Below are positions 12,166 to 26,310 of a DNA stretch of 64,000 nucleotides, piece after piece. The translations under genes were made by a program, and so were the position numbers. The notes beneath the pieces are model-generated. The model did not search any database. It saw only the letters and a list, made by a program, of their open reading frames with translations, and was not told the origin of the DNA. Origin of the DNA: Octopus vulgaris (Eukaryota); the NCBI GenBank assembly GCA_951406725.2, contig OX597827.1, forward strand, positions 4,464,001-4,528,000, in the 5' to 3' direction. Positions within the stretch are counted from its first letter, which is position 1. Each line of letters opens with the position of its first letter.

Positions 12166-13884
12166 TGTACACATATTTATGTACCATTATCGTTATCATC
12201 ATCATTGTTTTACTGTATACTTTTCCTCTCTTGCAAGGATCAGATGACATTTTGTTGAAGCAGACTGTTTTTCTACAGGGTACACTTCTTGACACTGATC
12301 CAAGAAAATTATAGTCTATCAAACAATGGACATTAGATATTCTTTTGCAGAGGATGGCAAACAAATGGCACCATTTATATGAATGATGAGACCTTTGCTC
12401 ACACAGTCAATGTACACATATCAAGACAAAGGGAGTATATCGAATATATACATCAAGATTCAGTGATACGCACATACGCACATACGTGCATGCACACACA
12501 CACACAAAATATTCTCATAAAACATCTCAAGGCAGTGAATTTGCAAAGTTGTCAGAGTGGTATTTATTCCGACTGTCTTTGCTCTGAGTTCAACTCCTGC
12601 TAAGGTCAACTTTACCTTTCGTCTTTTTTCATGATTGATAAAAATAGTTCCCATCTTTAATGATGGATTAGTAGAACTGTTTGAGGGTCAGGCAGGGTGC
12701 TTTATGGTATCCATTTCACCTCTTTGCCTTGCATTTCGACAGCAGATGCCAGCCTACGTCTGTGGCCTTTCTCCAGGATAATATCAGTAACATGGAGAGA
12801 GTCAACTTGCTTGTAAGAGCAACACTTAGTCTTCCTCAGTCGCTCATATATATATACACAGATGAAGAATCAACCATAGATACTGGAAGGCTCTATCCCA
12901 CCCACTTAAGGATCCAAGTTGTGAAAGGAATTATAAAAGAAAAACCAAAATAGACCTTGTCAATGGCACTAAATTATTAGAAGGTTTCTGTAACTTTTGT
13001 TAATTTGTTTTTCTTGTAAATGAATAGAGATGTCTTTTCTAGTATCTGATAACAATAATAAAACACAGCAAAATATCAGCTTTTAGTGATGTTGATGTAA
13101 ATGGTCATAAGGTATAATGAATTGCTATTATAAGGAGAGAAAAAAAACAACTGTTATTGTTATAGCGTATTGCTTCTTATCATGTATTTGTTCATAAGGC
13201 CATTGCCAGATGCATTTCCATCAATAAAATGGTACTTGTAGCCCTCACTACTTGGAACAAAATAAAGAGGTGATTGATGCTAATGTTTTCAGTCATTAGG
13301 TATGAATATTTGTTCTTGCCAAATATCACCTGGAAATGGGATTAGTTATTAAATGTTTTTCATTTCGCTTCAGCATTTCCTGTATAAATCATTAGGTTAT
13401 CAATAAACAAATTATGAACTATATTGATATTCCATGCTGTCATTTCAGGAAAGGATGTAACACCAGAACATGTTTATTTGCCAGAAATGGCAATATATTT
13501 AGTGGAGAGAGAAATAGTTTCATTGGAGTATTCGTATTGATTTGTTGCAAAGGCATAGGGCCATAAATTTTGTGTAAAGAATAGCTGATTGCATCAACTC
13601 CACTACTTGACTGATATTTATTATTTTATTTACACTGGAAGGATAAAAGACAAAGCTTCGGTGAAATTTGAATACAGAAATGAAGATGTCTGCAGAAGAG
13701 GAAGACTATAGAAAATGTTGACAAAACTGGTGAGAGGCGATCACAGGATGTTGGTCCTCACAAAAAAATGAGAAATGACTGCAACATGTGAAGAAGCACT
13801 GTCTTGAAACTGAGCCATCAAATTAATTCTAGCATGGAAAAGCAGATGTAAAAATCATGATGAATATAAAGTACTGTAATGATA

Positions 13885-14308
13885 GGCGCAGGAGTGGCTG
13901 TGTGGTAAGTAGCTTGCTAACCAACCACATGGTTCCGGGTTCAGTCCCACTGCGTGGCACCTTGGGCAAGTGTCTTCTGCTATAGCCCCGGGCTGACCAA
14001 TGCCTTGTGAGTGGATTTGGTAGACGGAAACTGAAAGAAGCCTGTCGTATATATGTATATATATATATATGTGTGTGTGTGTGTATGTGTTTGTGTATCT
14101 GTGTTTGTCCCCCTAGCATTGCTTAATAACCGATGCTGGTGTGTTTATGTCCCCATCACTTAGCGGTTCGGCAAGAGAGACCGATAGAATAAGTACTGGG
14201 CTTACAAAAGAATAAGTCCCGGGGTCGATTTGCTCGACTAAAGGCAGTGCTCCAGCATGGCCACAGTCAAATGACTGAAACAAGTAAAAGAATAAAAGAA
14301 TGAAAGAA
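13885..14308 (+). mobile_element. SINE family A, full length
   Basis: Near-identical to 9940-10351. Confidence 0.92.
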
Positions 14309-15006
14309 TATGAAATAAGGTATTGTCCAATGTTTTAATTATTTTAAAAATCCACTTCCCTCGGAGTAGTCTTACCAAAAGCATTTTAACATGTCAAACA
14401 CCGTATTTACTACTGGTCGTTCATTGCTTAATTTCACACAACAACCAGTAACAGGCCGTGTTGGTTAACATATTCATATCAGTGTTAAATGACATGACAA
14501 ATCATGAATAGAAAGTGTAAATGTAACTGAAAACTTAAAGCAAAAGGAGGAAAATGTCACCTCATGGGAAACAAGAGAAAAGCTGAAAATCCATCCTGCT
14601 AAGCTCACTGTATTTACCAATATTTTTATATTCAGTTAAAATCCAGAATATTGACATGAAAGCAAACTATAAAATATAAGAAATTTTCTCTGCAACCACA
14701 ATGGTTTCAGGTTCATTTGGGCAGTGTGGAACCTTGAACAAATATCTCCTATTAGAGCCCAGTCCCACGGGCAGCCTTTGACTTTTTTCCTATCCAAATG
14801 GGGTTTTCAACCCAGTTCTTACAATGGTAAAATGGTAAAATGGTAAAATGCTTATTATGTACACAGGAGATGTGTGTTCAAGTCCCATGGATTTTCAACC
14901 CGATTCTTTACATGCTATTATTTAAAGTTTTATATGTACTTCAAGAACCAGTTCCAAAAAAGAATTATTTCACATTCTCTCAAAAGTTTACAAATTCTTA
15001 TGATGT

Positions 15007-15050
<44 letters not shown>

Positions 15051-15599
15051 TAATATTTCACTTAAGCATAGTGAAACTAATAACCTGGTGTAGAACTCAA
15101 TATACATATGGTCCAGAACTCAACGTTAGATGAGTATAGAGTGGTAACAGAAAACAAAGGGATGACACCAGAAAAATCTAGATATTATGTAATGAACTTC
15201 ATTGGTTTATTGCTGTTTCTGCTATAGAATGTAGTGGACTTTCAGTTGAGTACCAGGGTAACATGCTAAAGCTTCATCAGAGCCTTGAATATGAACTTGG
15301 GAAAGTTACATTTTCAGAACATACTGGCATTAGGAGTGAGTAAGTTTATGTTGATGGCTATGGAAAATTCTGTCCCAAGGTAGGAAAAAGTATGCAAACA
15401 TACACGTGCTTAAGGTAGGATTAAAAGGGAGATATATGAGTAGACTCACACACTCATTCATATACATATATATACACACACACACACATGCAGCAGAGAT
15501 AGAGGATTTGCACAAACAAATGAATTAAAGAAGAGATAAAAGATACTCTTCCTGCCTTGTGTTTTATGCTGTTTCCCAGCTAGATCCCAGCTTGAGCTT

Positions 15600-16000
15600 C
15601 AACTGCAAATGCCTTACCAGGAGTTTGAAAGCTTATTAATAGTACGTGAATTTGAAACATTACAGTTTTCTGTGCAAAGAAGAGTTTAAATGGCTGCTAT
15701 ACAAGGATGCTGTGAATTGCCCTGGATGTGAAATGGAAGTAGCACATGACCAATGTGCATCTCCATGGAAGCTTTCCAAAAGTGACCAACAAGATTAGAG
15801 AATGACATGCTTTATGTTTCATGTTTGCATGTTGTACCAGGAAGAAGAAGAAGAATCAGAACTTGTGTTCTGCAACCCACAGCACTGGACTGGCAGGTGT
15901 AGGAGACATCATCTGACATTTATCAACAACCTCAGGAAAGACACAAGATTGGCTTCTATGTCATGAGGGATCAAGATGCTTGGTGAAATGGTTTTGTCTT
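15600..16000 (+). pseudogene. RTE-like LINE ORF C-terminal fragment, decayed
   Basis: Discontinuous translation ..SLNGCYTRML..ALDVKWK.HMTNVHL.GSFPKVTNKIRE..HHLTFINNLRKDT. Confidence 0.65.
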
Positions 16001-16546
16001 AAAGGACTGATTAGGAGTCTAACCAATGTGAAGAAGTTGCATTATTATTTAAAAAGGACTAAAATCCCTCCACCACCAAAATATTGATAATATTCTATGA
16101 GCCAGTACATCTACTCATGTAACCATAACATGGTGTATGCATACAAGAAATTATTTATGAGCTGCATTAATTAAAGACCAGATTATTATTTTAGCATAAA
16201 GCATATCACATATGTACAAGAAATGGCACTGTGTCTTAGCACCCAGTTCTACAAAAATGACAAATAAATGTCCAAATCCATTTTAAGAACACACAATATT
16301 ATTGAGTTGGTAAAATGTATGATCAAGCAGATATTAGAATAGACTGAAATGTCAGAAAGACAAAAAGAAGAGTTTAGTGCTTTAAAATCCAAAAATAATA
16401 ATGTTTAGTCAAAATTCTGGAAGAAACAAATTCTATTTTCTTAGATAAAATTCTATTGATAAAGCGAAACTCTTTGTCATGATATTTTGAAAGAGGATAA
16501 CATTTTAAAATCTATTGTTAATTTTCAATATAATCAAGATTTTAGG

Positions 16547-16594
<48 letters not shown>

Positions 16595-16810
16595 GAGGTG
16601 GTGAGATGACAGAATCATTAGCCACTAGGAAAAATGCTTAGCAGCATTTTGCTTGTCTTTCCATTCTGAGTTCAAATTCCATCTATGTCAACTTTGCCTT
16701 TCATTCATTCAAGGTTGATAAAATAAGTAGCAGTTTAGCATTGGGGTTAACATAATTAAATTACTCACTCCCTAAAAGATTGCTGGCCTTGTGCCAAAAT
16801 TTGAAACCTT
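16547..16810 (+). mobile_element. (ATT)n tract followed by SINE family B
   Basis: ttctgagttcaaattcc..tttgcctttcatt..gataaaataagta..tgctggccttgtgccaaaatttgaaacc. Confidence 0.8.
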
Positions 16811-17028
16811 TATCATTGTCATTACAATCATCATTTTTATTATTACTAGGTCATTGCCCATTGCTAAGCTGCCAGTAAAAATATCTAATTATACACATAC
16901 CTCTATAAATTGTTCAAGATAAAAGTCATTTTTTAAAAAGTCTGTGTTGAGTTGTTTATATGTTGAAAAACACAGAAAAATACACACACACAACTGCAAA
17001 ATATTATATATATATATAAATATATATA

Positions 17029-17420
17029 GGCGCAGGAGTGGCTGTGTGGTAAGTAGCTTGCTTACCAACTACATGGTTCCAAGTTCAGTCCCACTGCATG
17101 GCACCTTAAGCAAGTGTCTTCTACTAGAAGTGTTTTCTCCTATAGCCTCGGGCCAACCAAAGCCTTGTGAGTGGATACAGTAGACAAAAACTGAATCAAG
17201 GCCATTGTATATATATATGTGTGTGTGTGTGTGTATGTTTGTGTATTTGTGTTTGTCCCTCCACCATCGCTTGACAACCCATGCTGGTCTACTTACATCC
17301 TCGTAACTTAGCGGTTTGGCAACAGAGACTGATAGAATAAGTACTAGATGTATAAAGAATAAGCCCTGGGGTCGATTTGTTTGACTAAAGGCAGTGATCC
17401 AGCATGGCCACAGTCAAATG
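17029..17420 (+). mobile_element. SINE family A
   Basis: Consensus match with a small internal duplication near 17113-17145. Confidence 0.88.
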
Positions 17421-17549
17421 TTTTTTTGAAGTATGTTGCCTTTCATCCTTTCAGGGTTGATAAATTAAGTACCAGTGAAACACTGGGGTTGAAGTAATCG
17501 AATCATCCCCTCCCCTAAAATGACTGCCCTTGTGGCAAAATTTGAAACC

Positions 17550-17571
17550 ATTATTATTATTATTATCATTA

Positions 17572-17622
<51 letters not shown>

Positions 17623-17654
17623 TATTATTATTATCATTATTATTATTATTATTA

Positions 17655-17700
<46 letters not shown>
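17550..17700. repeat. (ATT)n microsatellite
   Basis: Direct reading. Confidence 0.95.
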
Positions 17701-17701
<1 letters not shown>

Positions 17702-18032
17702 ATAGGTATTAAAGGTAATTCAATATCGTTTCACCAGAAGCATGAGAAAGAACAAAATATAGAAAGATACAGAAACAAACACACACACACACACACACAC
17801 ATACACTTATAGTCTTTTTTTCAAGTGTGTTGCATTGTGTTGACAGACTTGCACTTAAAATTCCTGCATTTTAAACCAAAACTTGTTGGTTACTATGGTG
17901 ACAACACCATCTATCTATCTTTCACACACACTGTATTTCACATTCTGAGTTCAAATTCTGCAAAAGTTGCCTTTTCCTTTCATCCTTTCAGGGTTGATAA
18001 ATTAAGTACCAGTGAAACTTATATTATGAAAA

Positions 18033-18090
<58 letters not shown>

Positions 18091-18448
18091 CAATAGGTAT
18101 TAAAGATAATTCAATATCATTTCATCAGAAGCATGAGAAAGAACAAAACTAAATTTCGAAGAAAAACCATTTACTGAAAAAAAAGTCTTTACTGAAAGTA
18201 TAACTTTGGCTGAAATTCACAGCCATGTCCTAAGACTTTAATCCTTATTTAATGCTACTTAGATAAGTCATGGAAAAAAGAAATATGAAAAGCAAAAATA
18301 ATGTTCCTAAACTATGGAATGCACTGCCACTATCTATGAGGAATCTTGGACAAACCGGGAATTTAAAATAAACTGAAAAATTGATCTTTTCTTTAATACA
18401 AAATAGTATTTTCAAAAACTATAATAAAAATTCTCTTAATATTTACGC

Positions 18449-18880
18449 AGGCATATTCATGGTTGTGTGATTTAGAAGTTCATTGACAACAACGTAGTTT
18501 TAGCTAAACCAGCCCCTCTCTGCAGACCTTGCCTTCTACTATGGTCCTAAGTTAACTTAGGTTTGCTAATGCCTTGTAGATGAAGTTGGCTGATGGAAAC
18601 TGATTAGAAGCCCTTTGTATGTGTGTGTATGAGTGTGTCTGTGTGTGTGTATACACTGTTGCATTTGTCTTTCACTGGTTGACAAATGGTGTTGGTTTGT
18701 TTACATCCTCATAATTTAATGAGCAAGCAAATAGAGACTGACATCAGACAAATTGAGTACCAGACTTAGAATAAGTACTGGGGCCAATTTGATTGAGAAA
18801 ACCATTCAATGTGGCCCTCCAGTGTGACCTCAGTGCAATAAATGTAAGAAGTAAGAGCAAAATATGCAAAAGAATAAAGT
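18449..18880 (+). mobile_element. Old diverged SINE family A copy
   Basis: Colinear degenerate blocks (aatgccttgt..ggaaactg..gacaaatggtgttggtttgtttacatcc..aataagtactgggg). Confidence 0.7.
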
Positions 18881-20619
18881 GAACAGTACTCTGATATCAG
18901 TCTTGCATAATTAGCAAGGAGACTGATATCTGTACTCTATAAATTTATCCTTTATGTTGTTATCTTTGTTACAAATATCAAAAACCATCATCATTAAAAC
19001 ATGAAATTGCCAAATAAATAGATTAAATCACCCCTACTGGGTTACTAAGTTCATCATGTCTAATATGTTTAGTCAGCTCTTATCACTACAAGTTTTAACA
19101 AAATGCATGTTCTACCAAACTTAATGAGTGCAATAGTTGAACAAATATCTTAATTCTGGGAAATAAATGTGATGTAATTATTTGATATCTCAAATATTTA
19201 AAAATAATTGAAACATAATTTTGAGAATTCTCCTCATAATTTATCCAATAAATTATTAAACTAAAATATCTCAAATTCCTGTTTCAAGCTTTAAAGGAAA
19301 ATAATTATCAGTGTCTTTCGTAAAACTGACATACGCTAATTTATTTATTTAATTTTGAGGTGGGTTGGGTCAGAATAAAGCAAATAAACATAGTTTGTGC
19401 TGTCATTACATTTACAAGAATAGCTGGCCGTTCTCAAGAAAATAATATGTTATAAAATAAATGGTTCAATTAAAGCAAGGAGTTAATACTATCACTTAGC
19501 AATTTTTCTTAGTTACAAGTTGTTATTAAAGTAGAAAAGGCTATTTATTTTCCGTTCATGTGAGCATCATTTAAAAGTGTTTAATTATTTATAGACATTG
19601 ACTGAACTAAAAAGTTAGGCCCCGATACTGAAAATATTTTTAGCGATGCACATTAATATTGGCTAAATGGAAAAAATATTTAATTATTGATTAACTCTGA
19701 CACTTTTGGCTATCTCTTGTTTTCATCAATACCAGAGACTAGTAATCAACTTTGTCTTCTCTATTTATGTATAGGTATTTGATAGGTTGTTATGAAAAAT
19801 CCAGCAGACACTAAACAGCCTAGTTTGCCTAAAGTGGCAAATTCATAAAGGTTGTGCTAAAATAAAGTAAAAATTTCCCTCATACTGAACGAAAATACAC
19901 CATGTATAAATGACTTCCCAGTTCAATTTATACGACCACTATTCACACATTTTGCTTGAATTGATCATTACAGTGGTCAGACGTATACTAGACCATAAAT
20001 AACTCATTGATCATGAACTTAATAGTGATGAATTTGTCAGCTTGGTTGGTAAAAATCCATCTGCCAGACACTTCCTTCTCCTCTGCTTTTCTCTATCCTT
20101 CACAAACCAACAAGTCTTGCATTCTCTTCCCCACTGGATATAAATCTCTCACTTTACAACCTTGATCCATCTCTGCTACTCAGGAAACATTCCCTACACA
20201 ATCTTCTTTACAACAGATATTGTATGTATTTGGAATCATTTATGTCCACCACCCATTTCTCCTCCTTGAGCACCAATAACAATGACTTCCACCTATTCTG
20301 GTGGTGGCGGTAGGAGGGGGTTTACCACTACTTAGTTTCTTTAAGGTCGTCTAAATCGGCTACAACTTTCAATAATTTGTATGTTGCTATGATGATGTCC
20401 ACTCTAGTTTTTCTCAATCTACACACATTAACTCAACTAGAGTAGAAGCTCTAACTGCCACCACTTTAAATAGCATGCATGAGTGTGTGAGTGTGTGTGT
20501 GTGTGCGCGCACGCACGCATGCACGCATGCATGCTTGTGTGCACACCTATCCAAAATGCATAGTCAAATTTCATATTTTCATAATTTTTTGTCTATCTCT
20601 GACTCCACTAAAAGTCTTT

Positions 20620-20825
20620 TTTTTTTTTTACTTGTTTCAGTATATTTGACTGCGGCCATGCTGGAGCACCGCCTTTAATCGAGCAACTCGACCCCGGGAC
20701 TTATTCTTTTGTAAGCCCAGTACTTATTCTGTCGGTCTCTGTTGCTGAACCGCTAAGTAACAGGGACATAAACACACCAGCATCGGTTGTCAAGCAATGC
20801 TAGGGGGACAAACACAGACACACAA

Positions 20826-20856
<31 letters not shown>

Positions 20857-21023
20857 CATATATACGACAGGCTTCTTTCAGTTTCCGTCTACAAATTCAC
20901 TCACAAGGCTTTGGTCGGCCCGAGGCTATAGTAGAAGACACTTGCCCAAGGTGCCATGCAGTAGGACTAAACCCGGAACCATGTGGTTGGTAAACAAGCT
21001 ACTTACCACACAGCCACTCCTGT
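20620..21023 (-). mobile_element. SINE family A, full length
   Basis: Reverse complement of consensus. Confidence 0.92.
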
Positions 21024-21029
21024 GAATCA

Positions 21030-21450
21030 AACCAAAATGGTTTCAACTACCATAGAGATACAGAAAAATCATCTTTGATATATGATTAATATGAATAGTT
21101 TTAACCTATATACAAGATGAAATACCATTCTGAGGAATTTAATAATAACTTCACAAGGATTGAGCAGTGATATCAAACAGAGTATAAGAATAGACAAATA
21201 GACTAAAGTTATTCTAAGAAATTAGATCTGGACACTGAAATAAGAGAATTAGAATAGAACCAGCAGCTAAAATTATTTAGGAACTGATGAAACTAGTAAA
21301 ATTCAAACATGAAAAAATGATGGAGTAAATTTTAATGAGTATTACAAAAGCAACATGTTAATAGTAAAAGCAAAACTCATTGGTAGAAATAACATTATAT
21401 GTATAAATACATGGGTTATTCTGGTTATAAACTACAGCTTCATTGCACAT
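21030..21450 (+). pseudogene. R4/Dong-like LINE RT fragment, heavily decayed
   Basis: Patchy translation ..SSDIK..KHEKMME..EYYK..LIVKAKLIGRNNIICINTWVILVINYSF resembles RT domains 5-8 of RLE-type LINEs. Confidence 0.55.
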
Positions 21451-21637
21451 GTATCTTTTTTATCATGTGGGTCTTGGTTAAAAAAAAAGCAGTGATAAAT
21501 GAATCATCCTCATGCACTTTGTAAATGGAATGAATTGTAGATTTATTGACACTAAACTCATGACACACAGCAGGGAAGCTTTGACTGTCATGTGTTTTCT
21601 TGATCATTTCTACCTTTTCCTGCTGAGAATATACTTA

Positions 21638-21669
<32 letters not shown>

Positions 21670-21990
21670 AATTATTGTATACAGTGCTCAGGTGCACCGC
21701 AACTTGTCAAAAGTGCATATAAAGCATATGCAGTAATGTACAAATGTCTGGAAAGCGAACAATGCATGAGTCAGATACGTGCTTGCGTGTGTATGGAGGA
21801 GAGAAAGATCAGGTGTAGTGTTGGAAAATCTCAGGAAGCATGGAAGGTTTGAAGGATGCAGTGCTCCGACAACTAACAACTGATGCCGGCAGTTTGTTCC
21901 ATGCTTCAGCAACTCTTAGTGTGAAAAAAATATTTCTGAAAGTCATGGGAGCTGCGCTGTTTTCTGACTTTGTAAACATGTCCACTTGTT
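21638..21990 (-). mobile_element. CR1-group LINE 3' end with (ATT)n tail
   Basis: FRNIFFTLRVAEAWNKLPASVV is a CR1 ORF2 C-terminal motif; second copy at 60905-61275. Confidence 0.88.
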
Positions 21991-22639
21991 TGCAACATTT
22001 GTTAAGATCAGGCACCTTTTTTTTTTTTTTTTTTGCACATTTGTCCAGTCTTGATGATTACATAAATCCGTACAAAAAATTTACAGCCTGGCAGAATGAT
22101 CATGTAGTCATTGCATTCTGGGTAGCTGAGCCTTGTATGTGGTTGCTGGATTGCATTTTCGTGGTACAAGCAGAATCTTTGACTGATCACAGACCTATAT
22201 TATCACAGGTCAGTCTGTAATATGTGTAACATGGTTCAAACTTGGGAGTTACATCTTATCTCGGATCAGTAATAAGTATAACAGTGATAAACAAGGCTAC
22301 ATGTCTTATACAGCAGTTCAGTGAAATGAAGAGTTTAGATGAGGGGAGCAAAAAAGAAAACCAGGAAACTACAAACAGCATTATGAATTTATAAAAATCT
22401 AATATAAATAGAAAAAATATATATATACTTACTAAATGCACAGAGAGGAAGGGACCTGAAATAAATAAAGATTTATATTTTATGAAATGTTCACAATATG
22501 TTTAAAAGCCAACCTACAAATAATAATATAATAACAAAATAATATTAGAATAATAAAAGACTAATAAAAATAATAAAAGAATAATAAAAAGTATTTATTT
22601 CTGCATAGAAGGAAACAATAAAGCAGAAAATGAGCAAGT

Positions 22640-22950
22640 ATGATGTAGATGTCTTTTGCAAGAAAGCAGGACTTGGTAGTAGGAACCATGTTTTTACTAA
22701 TTATCTTAGTTGTGAGCAGACCAGAGGCACATTCTTGTACCACCAACTCTCGACCCAGTGGAATACTGTTTATGTTATAGCTAGAAGGAGAGAGGACAAC
22801 ACAAGCACTGTTGTTGGTAATAATTTTTCAGCTGAGTAGACTGAAGCAATATGAAGTGAAGAGCCTTGCTCAAAGGCACAACATTCTGCTAAGTCTAGGA
22901 ATTAGACCCATGACCTTATGATCTAGAAGTTATGGTCCTAACCACTTCAC
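22640..22950 (-). mobile_element. Diverged tRNA/CORE-like SINE
   Basis: cagctgagtagactgaagcaat..ccttgctcaa..catgaccttatgat..taaccact is the reverse complement of the head and core of 29896. Confidence 0.6.
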
Positions 22951-23261
22951 CAACACAGATATAAAAGGTTTCGATACGATTAAATAACAGATGAGATGAA
23001 ACAAAAATAATTTTTTTTAAATTCAAAACAAAATTATTTTTAAATATTAAACAAAAACAAGGGAGAAAAATTACATTTTGGTCAGTATTCTGCAAGACTA
23101 AACTGGAAAGAAAGAATTACTACCGCAAGAACGATAGAAATGTCCACCTAATTAAGGCTGACCTGGGGCTAAAAAAACAACAGCAAATAAAAGACAATGC
23201 TATACATTTCCCAGGAATACAGAACTATATCTGGTAATGCAGTGAAAAACTTTCAGACATC

Positions 23262-23672
23262 AGACATGGTAGTGTTGTTAAGAAGCTTGCTTTGCAACTC
23301 CATGGTTTTGTGTTCAGTCCCATTGTGCAGTATCTTGGGCAAGTATCTTCTGCTATTGCCACGGATTGACTAATGCTGTATGAGAGAATCTGGCAGATGG
23401 AAACTGTGTTGAAGCTTATCATATGTGTGTGTTTGCATGTGCCTGTGTGTGTCTGTGTGTGAGTGTACATGTTTTTGTGTCTGTGTTTGTCCCATACCAC
23501 CACTTGACAATAGTTGGTTTGTTTACATCATTGTAACTTAGCAGTTTGACAAAAGAGAACAATAAAATAAATACCAGACTTAGAAATAATTACTGGGGTT
23601 GGCTTGTTTGACTGAAACCTTTCTACGTGGTGCCCCAGCATGATTGAAGTCCAACAATTGAAACAAGTAAAA
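23262..23672 (+). mobile_element. Old SINE family A copy
   Basis: Colinear degenerate match. Confidence 0.75.
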
Positions 23673-24541
23673 CATAATAGATAACTACTAGAAAAACACA
23701 TTAGGAAGCATAACAACTCAAAATTGAAGAGTAAGAAAACAAACTTAAAAATCAAGAATAGGATAGAAAATATACGAAAGGACCCAATTAGGAAGGAAGA
23801 TGGATTGACCTTCAACAACTTGAAATAGAAGACAACTTTACAAATTGAGAATTTAGAGGAATAAGGTCATGCAACAATGCAGTCAGAAGAAAAAGATTGA
23901 ACACAATCACAAAGTTAATGGAATACTAGGATAGTATTAGAAAGGTTGGTATAACTTAACTAGACACACTATTAAATGTTGCCTGAATTTTGTATAACAG
24001 AGTGATTAGATATTAAAATACGAAATCCAACAAAAAAAAAGTCAAAGATGTCTTGGAAAAAAATCAAAAGATTGCGTAGGTTGTGTAGGTCTATAAATGT
24101 ATTAGAAAGGAAAACAGAATTTGGAATTGAAAGATCATCGTCATCATTATTATCATTGTTGTTTTTCATGTCCACTTTTTCCATGTTGGCATGTGTTGGA
24201 TGAGACTTGTTGAGGCAATGTTCTACCCTCGCTGACAACACTGGATTGTTTTTAAATAATGAGCTTTGTTCGTTGGTTTCACACACACACACAATCACTG
24301 GGGTTCAGTCCCACTGCATAGCAGCAGGAGCAAGTGTCTTCTCCTATAGCCCCAGGCTGACCGAAGCCTTGTGAGTGGATTTAATAGACAGTATGGAAAG
24401 GGGATATTAAAAGGTGATGATGAAACTGAAAGAAACATATCGAATACACACACACGCATATATATATTCATATACTAAGCTACCCATGACACGTTGGGTC
24501 ACCAATAATTCAAAGTTCTGGTAAAGTTTGAAATTGCCAGC

Positions 24542-24597
<56 letters not shown>

Positions 24598-24648
24598 TAA
24601 CGATAATATTAACAAGGGTGGAAAGCTGGCAGAATCATCAGCATACAT

Positions 24649-24679
<31 letters not shown>

Positions 24680-24949
24680 CACTTATATATACATACATAT
24701 ATACATATATATATATACATACATATATATATATATACATAAAAATATATGCATATATATGCATATATACGTGTATATATATACATATATATGTATACAT
24801 TTATATATGCACATATAGATATATATACATATATATGCATATATACATATATACTCATATATATATATATATGTATATATATAAGCATATATATATACAC
24901 ATACATACACACACACACATATATATACACACACACATACACACACACG

Positions 24950-25023
<74 letters not shown>

Positions 25024-25048
25024 CAATATATATATGCACATATACATG
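24542..25048. repeat. (AAT)n, then long (TA/CA)n compound microsatellite
   Basis: Direct reading. Confidence 0.9.
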
Positions 25049-25609
25049 TGTGGTGAGAAGGAAGCGTAGATAGAATGCTGAAGAAAGAATAGAAGTATAA
25101 AGTATCAATTAGTGATAGATAAATTTATACACATCTACTGCTGGAAGTAATGTTCAAATCTCATAATGGTAGGGATTACTCCCAAAATGGCCTATGATAT
25201 GATTCCCTAATTTCTAGGTAATAGAAGGGTTGAGAAATAGTGAAGAATATAGGGAAGTTGATTGGAAAGGATTAGGTGAAATGGAAAACAAAATGAAGCC
25301 GGTCTGTTGAAGAAGCAGGAAATATTAACGTCCATATAGTAATTTTTGAAAGCATTATTTCATGGATATGGGACATGGGTAAGAAAATCAGACATAATGC
25401 TTGTGGCTAAAGCATTAATCTTTACAATGCAGGTATAAACTCTGGGAAAAGCTACATGGAATTCAATTGGAAGGAAAGCACTGAATTTCTGCTATGTAGA
25501 ATGGTTTTTCAAAAATAGTGAAATGTCGAACATTTGGAAGATGAATGCTATGAATTATATCAGAGAGAAAATAGTCCTGATAATGTCACATGACTTGTCT
25601 TTCTTTCAT

Positions 25610-26022
25610 TTTTTTTTTTACTTGTTTCAGTCATTGGATTGTGGCCTTGCGATGGTACATTCTTGAATGGTTTAGTCAAAAAAGTTGACTCCAGAACTTA
25701 TTTTTTAAAAATCTGGTACTTATTCTATTGGTCTCATTTGCCAAAATGCAAAGGGATGAGGAGGTAAAAAAATTAATACCAGTTGTTATGTGGCGGTGGT
25801 GGTGGTGAGGGGGGACACACACAATCATAAAGCCACACACACAGACATACATACATATATGTATATATACGATGGGTTTCTATACAGTTTCTGTCTACGA
25901 AATTCACTCACAAAGCTTTGGTTGGTCTGAAGTTAAAGTAAATCAAACTGCTAAAGGTACCATGCAGTGAGATTGAACCTGATGCCATGTGGTTGCAAAG
26001 TGAGCTTCTTAACCACACTGTG
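25610..26022 (-). mobile_element. Old SINE family A copy
   Basis: cttgtttcagtcatt..tacttattctatt..ttcactcacaaagctttgg..cttaaccacac. Confidence 0.75.
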
Positions 26023-26082
26023 GAAAGAATATATAAGTGAGATAACTAAATAAGAACACAAACCCTTCCAGCATGATTAAGT

Positions 26083-26310
26083 TTAACCCTTTCATTACTG
26101 TATTTATTTTGAGATGCTCTGTGTCGCTTTCAATTAATTTTAAAAATAACAATGAATTTAGTAAAATAACTTAGTCATAATTAAGCTAGTGTTAAGAACA
26201 TAAATTGTAACAGGTTTCGTGGAAGATTTTGATTTAGAACTTATGAAAGCAAGATATTTATACTACAGAGCCAGAGCCGGTTTTGGCCGGGTTGGTAACG
26301 AAAGGGTTAA
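26083..26310. mobile_element. piggyBac-type MITE
   Basis: TTAA|CCCTTTCATTAC ... GTAACGAAAGGG|TTAA (11/12 TIR match). Confidence 0.85.

Noticed and set aside
22015-22260. Minus-strand segment ending in poly(A), suggesting a processed pseudogene
   Set aside because: No recognisable ORF, poly(A) signal or TSD.
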